Source of the DNA: the human T2T-CHM13v2.0 reference genome, Homo sapiens
Length of the DNA stretch: 64,000 nucleotides
Assembly: GCF_009914755.1 (NCBI RefSeq)
Contig: NC_060932.1
Direction: 5' to 3' (one strand)
Shown: positions 48,901-60,900 of the stretch, one piece after another
How the letters are laid out: each line of letters starts with the position of its first letter
Numbering within the stretch: position 1 is the stretch's first letter
Position numbers and translations under genes: made by a program
Notes under the pieces: model-generated
The model's database searches: none
Seen by the model: only the letters and a program-made list of their open reading frames with translations
Told to the model about the DNA's origin: nothing

Positions 48901-51900
48901 GTAGAATCTGCAAGTGGATATTTGGATAGCTGTGAGGATTTCGTTGGAAACGGGAATGTCTTCATAGAAAATTTAGACAGAAGCATTCTCAGAACCTTGA
49001 TTGTGATGTGTGTTCTCCACTAACAGAGTTGAACCTTTCTTTTGACAGAACTGTTCTGAAACATTCTTTTTATAGAATCTGGAAGTGGATATTTGGAAAG
49101 CTTTGAGGATTTCGTTGGAAACGGGAATATCTTCAAATAAAATCTAGCCAGAAGCATTCTAAGAAACATCTTAGGGATGTTTACATTCAAGTCACAGAGT
49201 TGAACATTCCCTTTCACAGAGCAGGTTTGAAACAATCTTCTCGTACTATCTGGCAGTGGACATTTTGAGCTCTTTGGGGCCTATGCTGAAAAAGGAAATA
49301 TCTTCCGACAAAAACTAGTCAGAAGCATTCGCAGAATCACGTTTGTGATGTGTGCACTCAACTGTCAGAAATGAACCTTGGTTTGGAGAGAGCACTTTTG
49401 AAACACACTTTTTGTAGAATCTGCAGGTGGATATTTGGCTAGCTTTGAGGATTTCGTTGGAAACGGTAATGTCTTCAAAGAAAATCTAGACAGAAGCATT
49501 CTCAGAAACACCTTCGTGATGTTTGCAATCAAGTCACAGAGTTGAACCTTCCGTTTCATAGAGCAGGTTGGAAACACACTTTTTGTAGTATCTGGAAGTG
49601 GACATTTGGAGGGCTTTGTAGCCTATCTGGAAAAAGGAAATATCTTCCCATGAATGCGAGATAGATGTAATCTCAGAAACATGTTTATGCTGTATCTACT
49701 CAACTAACTGTGCTGAACATTTCTATTGATAGAGCAGTTTTGAGACACTCTTCTTTTGGAATCTGCAAGTGGATATTTGGATAGATTTGAGGATTTCGTT
49801 GGAAACGGGATTATATATAAAAAGTAGACAGCAGCATTCTCAGAAACTTCTTTGTGATGTTTGCATCCAGCTCCCAGAGTTGAACATTCCCTTTCATAGA
49901 GTAGGTTTGAAACCCTCTTTTTATAGTGTCTGGAAGCGGGCATTTGGAGCGCTTTCAGGCCTATGCTTAAAATAGGAAATATCTACCTACAGAAACTAGA
50001 CAGAAGCATTCTGAGAATCACGTTTGTGATGTGGGTACTCAACTAACAGTGTTGATCCATTCTTTTGATACAGCAGTTTTGAACCACACTTTTTGTAGAA
50101 TCTGCAAGAGGATATTTGGATAGCTGTGAGGATTTCGTTGGAAACGGGAATGTCTTCAAAGAAAATCTAGACAGAAGCATTCTCAGAAACACCTTCGTGA
50201 TGTTTGCAATCAAGTCACAGAGTTGAACCTTCCGTTTCATAGAGCAGGTTGGAAACACTCTTATTGTAGTATCTGGAAGTGGACATTTGGAGCGCTTTCA
50301 GGCCTATGGTGAAAAAGGAAATATCTTCCCATAAAAACGACATAGAAGCTATCTCAGGAACTTGTTTATGATGCATCTAATCAACTAACAGTGTTGAACC
50401 TTTGTACTGACAGAGCAGTTTGAAACACTCCTTTTTTGGAATCTGCAAGTGGATATTTGGATCGCTTTGAGGATTTCGTTGGAAACGGGATGCAATATAA
50501 AACGTACACAGCAGCATACTCAGAAAATACTTTGCCATATTTCCATTCAAGTCACAGAGTGGAACATTCCCATTCATAGAGCAGGTTTGAAACACTCTTT
50601 TTGGAGTATCTGGAAGTGGACATTTGGAGCGCTTTCTGAACTATGGTGAAAAAGGAAATATCTTCCAATGAAAACAAGACAGAAGCATTCTGAGAAACTT
50701 ATTTGTGATGTGTGTCCTCAACAAACGGACTTCAACCTTTCGTTTCATGCAGTACTTCTGGAACACTCTTTTTGAAGATTCTGCATGCGGATATTTGGAT
50801 AGCTTTGAGGATTTCGTTGGAAACGGGCTTACATATAAAAATTAGACAGCAGCATTCTCAGAAACTTCTTTGTGGTGTCTGCATTCAAGTCACAGAATTG
50901 AACTTCCCCTCACATAGAGCAGTTGTGCAGCACTCTATTTGTAGTATCTCGAAGTGGACATTTGGAGGGCTTTGTAGCCTATCTGGAAAAAGGAAATATC
51001 TTCCCATGAATGCGAGATAGAAGTAATCTCAGAAACATGTTTATGCTGTATCTACTCAACTAACTGTGCTGAACATTTCTATTGATAGAGCAGTTTTGAG
51101 ACACTCTTCTTTTGGAATCTGCAAGTGGATATTTGGATAGATTTGAGGATTTCGTTGGAAACGGGATTATATATAAAAAGTAGACAGCAGCATTCTCAGA
51201 AACTTCTTTGTGATGTTTGCATCCAGCTCTCAGAGTTGAACATTCCCTTTCATAGAGTAGGTTTGAAACCCTCTTTTTATAGTGTCTGGAAGCGGGCATT
51301 TGGAGCGCTTTCAGGCCTATGCTTAAAATAGGAAATATCTACCTACAGAAACTAGACAGAAGCATTCTGAGAATCACGTTTGTGATGTGGGTACTCAACT
51401 AACAGTGTTGATCCATTCTTTTGATACAGCAGTTTTGAACCACACTTTTTGTAGAATCTGCAAGAGGATATTTGGATAGCTGTGAGGATTTCGTTGGAAA
51501 CGGGAATGTCTTCAAAGAAAATCTAGACAGAAGCATTCTCAGAAACACCTTCGTGATGTTTGCAATCAAGTCACAGAGTTGAACCTTCCGTTTCATAGAG
51601 CAGGTTGGAAACACTCTTATTGTAGTATCTGGAAGTGGACATTTGGAGCGCTTTCAGGCCTATGGTGAAAAAGGAAATATCTTCCCATAAAAACGACATA
51701 GAAGCTATCTCAGGAACTTGTTTATGATGCATCTAATCAACTAACAGTGTTGAACCTTTGTACTGACAGAGCAGTTTGAAACACTCTTTTTTTGGAATCT
51801 GCAAGTGGATATTTGGATCGCTTTGAGGATTTCGTTGGAAACGGGATGCAATATAAAACGTACACAGCAGCATACTCAGAAAATACTTTGCCATATTTCC

Positions 51901-54900
51901 ATTCAAGTCACAGACTGGAAAATTCCCATTCATAGAGCAGGTTGGAAACACTCTTTTTGGAGTATCTGGAAGTGGACATTTGGAGCGCTTTCTGAACTAT
52001 GGTGAAAAAGGAAATATCTTCCAATGAAAACAAGACAGAAGCATTCTGAGAAACTTATTTGTGATGTGTGTCCTCAACAAACGGACTTGAACCTTTCGTT
52101 TCATGCAGTACTTCTGGAACACTCTTTTTGAAGATTCTGCATGCGGATATTTGGATAGCTTTGAGGATTTCGTGGGAAACGGGCTTACATGTAAAAATTA
52201 GACAGCAGCATTCTCAGAAACTTCTTTGTGGTGTCTGCATTCAAGTCACAGAATTGAACTTCCCCTCACATAGAGCAGTTGTGCAGCACTCTATTTGTAG
52301 TATCTCGAAGTGGACATTTGGAGGGCTTTGTAGCCTATCTGGAAAAAGGAAATATCTTCCCATGAATGCGAGATAGAAGTAATCTCAGAAACATGTTTAT
52401 GCTGTATCTACTCAACTAACTGTGCTGAACATTTCTATTGATAGAGCAGTTTTGAGACACTCTTCTTTTGGAATCTGCAAGTGGATATTTGGATAGATTT
52501 GAGGATTTCGTTGGAAACGGGATTATATATCAAAAGTAGACAGCAGCATTCTCAGAAACTTCTTTGTGATGTTTGCATCCAGCTCTCAGAGTTGAACATT
52601 CCCTTTCATAGAGTAGGTTTGAAACCCTCTTTTTATAGTGTCTGGAAGCGGGCATTTGGAGCGCTTTCAGGCCTATGCTGAAAAAGGAAATATCTACCTA
52701 TAGAAACTAGACAGAAGCATTCTGAGAATCACGTTTGTGATGTGGGTACTCAACTAACAGTGTTGATCCATTCTTTTGATACAGCAGTTTTGAACCACAC
52801 TTTTTGTAGAATCTGCAAGTGGATATTTGGATAGCTGTGAGGATTTCGTTGGAAACGGGAATGTCTTCATAGAAAATTTAGACAGAAGCATTCTCAGAAC
52901 CTTGATTGTGATGTGTGTTCTCCACTAACAGAGTTGAACCTTTCTTTTGACAGAACTGTTCTGAAACATTCTTTTTATAGAATCTGGAAGTGGATATTTG
53001 GAAACCTTTGAGGATTTCGTTGGAAACGGGAATATCTTCAAATCAAATCTAGCCAGAAGCATTCTAAGAAACATCTTAGGGATGTTTACATTCAAGTCAC
53101 AGAGTTGAACATTCCCTTTCACAGAGCAGGTTTGAAACAATCTTCTCGTACTATCTGGCAGTGGACATTTTGAGCTCTTTGGGGCCTATGCTGAAAAAGG
53201 AAATATCTTCCGACAAAAACTAGACAGAAGCATTCGCAGAATCACGTTTGTGATGTGTGCACTCAACTGTCAGAATTGAACCTTGGATTGGACAGAGAAC
53301 TTTTGAAACACTCTTTTTGTAGAATCTGCAGGTGGATATTTGGCTAGCTTTGAGGATTTCGTTGGAAACGGTAATGTCTTCAAAGAAAATCTAGACAGAA
53401 GCATTCTCAGAAACACCTTCGTGATGTTTGCAATCAAGTCACAGAGTTGAACCTTCCGTTTCATAGAGCAGGTTGGAAACACTCTTTTTGTAGTATCTGG
53501 AAGTGGACATTTGGACGGCTTTGTAGCCTATCTGGAAAAAGGAAATATCTTCCCATGAATGCGAGATAGAAGTAATCTCAGAAACATGTTTATGCTGTAT
53601 CTACTCAACTAACTGTGCTGAACATTTCTATTGATAGAGCAGTTTTGAGACACTCTTCTTTTGGAATCTGCAAGTGGATATTTGGATAGATTTGAGGATT
53701 TCGTTGGAAACGGGATTATATATAAAAAGTAGACAGCAGCATTCTCAGAAACTTCTTTGTGATGTTTGCATCCAGCTCTCAGAGTTGAGCATTCCCTTTC
53801 ATAGAGTAGGTTTGAAACCCTCTTTTTATAGTGTCTGGAAGCGGGCATTTGGAGCGCTTTCAGGCCTATGCTTAAAATAGGAAATATCTACCTACAGAAA
53901 CTAGACAGAAGCATTCTGAGAATCACGTTTGTGATGTGGGTACTCAACTAACAGTGTTGATCCATTCTTTTGATACAGCAGTTTTGAACCACACTTTTTG
54001 TAGAATCTGCAAGAGGATATTTGGATAGCTGTGAGGATTTCGTTGGAAACGGGAATGTCTTCAAAGAAAATCTAGACAGAAGCATTCTCAGAAACACCTT
54101 CGTGATGTTTGCAATCAAGTCACAGAGTTGAACCTTCCGTTTCATAGAGTAGGTTGGAAACACTCTTATTGTAGTATCTGGAAGTGGACATTTGGAGCGC
54201 TTTCAGGCCTATGGTGAAAAAGGAAATATCTTCCCATAAAAACGACATAGAAGCTATCTCAGGAACTTGTTTATGATGCATCTACTCAACTAACAGTGTT
54301 GAACCTTTGTACTGACAGAGCAGTTTGAAACACTCTTTTTTTGGAATCTGCAAGTGGATATTTGGATCGCTTTGAGGATTTCGTTGGAAACGGGATGCAA
54401 TATAAAACGTACACAGCAGCATACTCAGAAAATACTTTGCCATATTTCCATTCAAGTCACAGAGTGGAACATTCCCATTCATAGAGCAGGTTGGAAACAC
54501 TCTTTTTGGAGTATCTGGAAGTGGACATTTGGAGCGCTTTCTGAACTATGGTGAAAAAGGAAATATCTTCCAATGAAAACAAGACAGAAGCATTCTGAGA
54601 AACTTATTTGTGATGTGTGTCCTCAACAAACGGACTTGAAACTTTCGTTTCATGCAGTACTTCTGGAACACTCTTTTTGAAGATTCTGCATGCGGATATT
54701 TGGATAGCTTTGAGGATTTCGTTGGAAACGGGCTTACATGTAAAAATTAGACAGCAGCATTCTCAGAAACTTCTTTGTGGTGTCTGCATTCAAGTCACAG
54801 AATTGAACTTCCCCTCACATAGAGCAGTTGTGCAGCACTCTATTTGTAGTATCTCGAAGTGGACATTTGGAGGGCTTTGTAGCCTATCTGGAAAAAGGAA

Positions 54901-57900
54901 ATATCTTCCCATGAATGCGAGATAGAAGTAATCTCAGAAACATGTTTATGCTGTATCTACTCAACTAACTGTGCTGAACATTTCTATTGATAGAGCAGTT
55001 TTGAGACACTCTTCTTTTGGAATCTGCAAGTGGATATTTGGATAGATTTGAGGATTTCGTTGGAAACGGGATTATATATAAAAAGTAGACAGCAGCATTC
55101 TCAGAAACTTCTTTGTGATGTTTGCATCCAGCTCTCAGAGTTGAACATTCCCTTTCATAGAGTAGGTTTGAAACCCTCTTTTTATAGTGTCTGGAAGCGG
55201 GCATTTGGAGCGCTTTCAGGCCTATGCTGAAAAAGGAAATATCTACCTATAGAAACTAGACAGAAGCATTCTGAGAATCACGTTTGTGATGTGGGTACTC
55301 AACTAACAGTGTTGATCCATTCTTTTGATACAGCAGTTTTGAACCACACTTTTTGTAGAATCTGCAAGTGGATATTTGGATAGCTGTGAGGATTTCGTTG
55401 GAAACGGGAATGTCTTCATAGAAAATTTAGACAGAAGCATTCTCAGAACCTTGATTGTGATGTGTGTTCTCCACTAACAGAGTTGTACCTTTCTTTTGAC
55501 AGAACTGTTCTGAAACATTCTTTTTATAGAATCTGGAAGTGGATATTTGGAAAGCTTTGAGGATTTCGTTGGAAACGGGAATATCTTCAAATCAAATCTA
55601 GCCAGAAGCATTCTAAGAAACATCTTAGGCATGTTTACATTCAAGTCACAGAGTTGAACATTCCCTTTCACAGAGCAGGTTTGAAACAATCTTCTCGTAC
55701 TATCTGGCAGTGGACATTTTGAGCTAGAAGCATTCTCAGAAACACCTTCGTGATGTTTGCAATCAAGTCACAGAGTTGAACCTTCCGTTTCATAGAGCAG
55801 GTTGGAAACACTCTTTTTGTAGTATCTGGAAGTGGACATTTGGACGGCTTTGTAGCCTATCTGGAAAAAGGAAATATCTTCCCATGAATGCGAGATAGAA
55901 GTAATCTCAGAAACATGTTTATGCTGTATCTACTCAACTAACTGTGCTGAACATTTCTATTGATAGAGCAGTTTTGAGACACTCTTCTTTTGGAATCTGC
56001 AAGTGGATATTTGGATAGATTTGAGGATTTCGTTGGAAACGGGATTATATATCAAAAGTAGACAGCAGCATTCTCAGAAACTTCTTTGTGATGTTTGCAT
56101 CCAGCTCTCAGAGTTGAGCATTCCCTTTCATAGAGTAGGTTTGAAACCCTCTTTTTATAGTGTCTGGAAGCGGGCATTTGGAGCGCTTTCAGGCCTATGC
56201 TTAAAATAGGAAATATCTACCTACAGAAACTAGACAGAAGCATTCTGAGAATCACGTTTGTGATGTGGGTACTCAACTAACAGTGTTGATCCATTCTTTT
56301 GATACAGCAGTTTTGAACCACACTTTTTGTAGAATCTGCAAGAGGATATTTGGATAGCTGTGAGGATTTCGTTGGAAACGGGAATGTCTTCAAAGAAAAT
56401 CTAGACAGAAGCATTCTCAGAAACACCTTCGTGATGTTTGCAATCAAGTCACAGAGTTGAACCTTCCGTTTCATAGAGTAGGTTGGAAACACTCTTATTG
56501 TAGTATCTGGAAGTGGACATTTGGAGCGCTTTCAGGCCTATGGTGAAAAAGGAAATATCTTCCCATAAAAACGACATAGAAGCTATCTCAGGAACTTGTT
56601 TATGATGCATCTAATCAACTAACAGTGTTGAACCTTTGTACTGACAGAGCAGTTTGAAACACTCTTTTTTTGGAATCTGCAAGTGGATATTTGGATCGCT
56701 TTGAGGATTTCGTTGGAAACGGGATGCAATATAGAACGTACACAGCAGCATACTCAGAAAATACTTTGCCATATTTCCATTCAAGTCACAGAGTGGAACA
56801 TTCCCATTCATAGAGCAGGTTTGAAACACTCTTTTTGGAGTATCTGGAAGTGGACATTTGGAGCGCTTTCTGAACTATGGTGAAAAAGGAAATATCTTCC
56901 AATGAAAACAAGACAGAAGCATTCTGAGAAACTTATTTGTGATGTGTGTCCTCAACAAACGGACTTGAAACTTTCGTTTCATGCAGTACTTCTGGAACAC
57001 TCTTTTTGAAGATTCTGCATGCGGATATTTGGATAGCTTTGAGGATTTCGTTGGAAACGGGCTTACATGTAAAAATTAGACAGCAGCATTCTCAGAAACT
57101 TCTTTGTGGTGTCTGCATTCAAGTCACAGAATTGAACTTCCCCTCACATAGAGCAGTTGTGCAGCACTCTATTTGTAGTATCTCGAAGTGGACATTTGGA
57201 GGGCTTTGTAGCCTATCTGGAAAAAGGAAATATCTTCCCATGAATGCGAGATAGAAGTAATCTCAGAAACATGTTTATGCTGTATCTATTCAACTAACTG
57301 TGCTGAACATTTCTATTGATAGAGCAGTTTTGAGACACTCTTCTTTTGGAATCTGCAAGTGGATATTTGGATAGATTTGAGGATTTCGTTGGAAACGGGA
57401 TTATATATAAAAAGTAGACAGCAGCATTCTCAGAAACTTCTTTGTGATGTTTGCATCCAGCTCTCAGAGTTGAACATTCCCTTTCATAGAGTAGGTTTGA
57501 AACCCTCTTTTTATAGTGTCTGGAAGCGGGCATTTGGAGCGCTTTCAGGCCTATGCTGAAAAAGGAAATATCTACCTATAGAAACTAGACAGAAGCATTC
57601 TGAGAATCACGTTTGTGATGTGGGTACTCAACTAACAGTGTTGATCCATTCTTTTGATACAGCAGTTTTGAACCACACTTTTTGTAGAATCTGCAAGTGG
57701 ATATTTGGATAGCTGTGAGGATTTCGTTGGAAACGGGAATGTCTTCATAGAAAATTTAGACAGAAGCATTCTCAGAACCTTGATTGTGATGTGTGTTCTC
57801 CACTAACAGAGTTGAACCTTTCTTTTGACAGAACTGTTCTGAAACATTCTTTTTATAGAATCTGGAAGTGGATATTTGGAAAGCTTTGAGGATTTCGTTG

Positions 57901-60900
57901 GAAACGGGAATATCTTCAAATAAAATCTAGCCAGAAGCATTCTAAGAAACATCTTAGGGATGTTTACATTCAAGTCACAGAGTTGAACATTCCCTTTCAC
58001 AGAGCAGGTTTGAAACAATCTTCTCGTACTATCTGGCAGTGGACATTTTGAGCTCCTTGGGGCCTATGCTGAAAAAGGAAATATCTTCCGACAAAAACTA
58101 GACAGAAGCATTCGCAGAATCACGTTTGTGATGTGTGCACTCAACTGTCAGAATTGAACCTTGGTTTGGACAGAGCACTTTTGAAACACTCTTTTTGTAG
58201 AATCTGCAGGTGGATATTTGGCTAGCTTTGAGGATTTCGTTGGAAACGGTAATGTCTTCAAAGAAAATCTAGACAGAAGCATTCTCAGAAACACCTTCGT
58301 GATGTTTGCAATCAAGTCACAGAGTTGAACCTTCCGTTTCATAGAGCAGGTTGGAAACACTCTTTTTGTAGTATCTGGAAGTGGACATTTGGAGGGCTTT
58401 GTAGCCTATCTGGAAAAAGGAAATATCTTCCCATGAATGCGAGATAGAAGTAATCTCAGAAACATGTTTATGCTGTATCTACTCAACTAACTGTGCTGAA
58501 CATTTCTATTGATAGAGCAGTTTTGAGACACTCTTCTTTTGGAATCTGCAAGTGGATATTTGGATAGATTTGAGGATTTCGTTGGAAACGGGATTATATA
58601 TCAAAAGTAGACAGCAGCATTCTCAGAAACTTCTTTGTTATGTTTGCATCCAGCTCTCAGAGTTGAACATTCCCTTTCATAGAGTAGGTTTGAAACCCTC
58701 TTTTTATAGTGTCTGGAAGCGGGCATTTGGAGCGCTTTCAGGCCTATGCTGAAAAAGGAAATATCTACCTATAGAAACTAGACAGAAGCATTCTGAGAAT
58801 CACGTTTGTGATGTGGGTACTCAACTAACAGTGTTGATCCATTCTTTTGATACAGCAGTTTTGAACCACACTTTTTGTAGAATCTGCAAGTGGATATTTG
58901 GATAGCTGTGAGGATTTCGTTGGAAACGGGAATGTCTTCATAGAAAATTTAGACAGAAGCATTCTCAGAACCTTGATTGTGATGTGTGTTCTCCACTAAC
59001 AGAGTTGAACCTTTCTTTTGACAGAACTGTTCTGAAACATTCTTTTTATAGAATCTGGAAGTGGATATTTGGAAAGCTTTGAGGATTTCATTGGAAACGG
59101 GAATATCTTCAAATAAAATCTAGCCAGAAGCATTCTAAGAAACATCTTAGGGATGTTTACATTCAAGTCACAGAGTTGAACATTCCCTTTCACAGAGCAG
59201 GTTTGAAACAATCTTCTCGTACTATCTGGCAGTGGACATTTTGAGCTCCTTGGGGCCTATGCTGAAAAAGGAAATATCTTCCGACAAAAACTAGACAGAA
59301 GCATTCGCAGAATCACGTTTGTGATGTGTGCACTCAACTGTCAGAATTGAACCTTGGTTTGGACAGAGCACTTTTGAAACACTCTTTTTGTAGAATCTGC
59401 AGGTGGATATTTGGCTAGCTTTGAGGATTTCGTTGGAAACGGTAATGTCTTCAAAGAAAATCTAGACAGAAGCATTCTCAGAAACACCTTCGTGATGTTT
59501 GCAATCAAGTCACAGAGTTGAACCTTCCGTTTCATAGAGCAGGTTGGAAACACTCTTTTTGTAGTATCTGGAAGTGGACATTTGGAGCGCTTTCAGGCCT
59601 ATGGTGAAAAAGGAAATATCTTCCCATAAAAACGACATAGAAGCTATCTCAGGAACTTGTTTATGATGCATCTAATCAACTAACAGTGTTGAACCTTTGT
59701 ACTGACAGAGCAGTTTGAAACACTCTTTTTTTGGAATCTGCAAGTGGATATTTGGATCGCTTTGAGGATTTCGTTGGAAACGGGATGCAATATAAAACGT
59801 ACACAGCAGCATACTCAGAAAATACTTTGCCATATTTCCATTCAAGTCACAGAGTGGAACATTCCCATTCATAGAGCAGGTTGGAAACACTCTTTTTGGA
59901 GTATCTGGAAGTGGACATTTGGAGCGCTTTCTGAACTATGGTGAAAAAGGAAATATCTTCCAATGAAAACAAGACAGAAGCATTCTGAGAAACTTCTTTG
60001 TGATGTGTGTCCTCAACAAACGGACTTGAACCTTTCGTTTCATGCAGTACTTCTGGAACACTCTTTTTGAAGATTCTGCATGCGGATATTTGGATAGCTT
60101 TGAGGATTTCGTTGGAAACGGGCTTACATGTAAAAATTAGACAGCAGCATTCTCAGAAACTTCTTTGTGGTGTCTGCATTCAAGTCACAGAATTGAACAT
60201 CCCCTCACATAGAGCAGTTGTGCAGCACTCTATTTGTAGTATCTGGAAGTGGACATTTGGAGGGCTTTGTAGCCTATCTGGAAAAAGGAAATATCTTCCC
60301 ATGAATGCGAGATAGAAGTAATCTCAGAAACATGTTTATGCTGTATCTACTCAACTAACTGTGCTGAACATTTCTATTGATAGAGCAGTTTTGAGACACT
60401 CTTCTTTTGGAATCTGCAAGTGGATATTTGGATAGATTTGAGGATTTCGTTGGAAACGGGATTATATATAAAAAGTAGACAGCAGCATTCTCAGAAATTT
60501 CTTTGTGATGTTTGCATCCAGCTCTCAGAGTTGAACATTCCCTTTCATAGAGTAGGTTTGAAACCCTCTTTTTATAGTGTCTGGAAGCGGGCATTTGGAG
60601 CGCTTTCAGGCCTATGCTGAAAAAGGAAATATCTACCTATAGAAACTAGACAGAAGCATTCTGAGAATCACGTTGGTGATGTGGGTACTCAACTAACAGT
60701 GTTGATCCATTCTTTTGATACAGCAGTTTTGAACCACACTTTTTGTAGAATCTGCAAGTGGATATTTGGATAGCTGTGAGGATTTCGTTGGAAACTTGAA
60801 TGTCTTCATAGAAAATTTAGACAGAAGCATTCTCAGAACCTTGATTGTGATGTGTGTTCTCCACTAACAGAGTTGAACCTTTCTTTTGACAGAACTGTTC

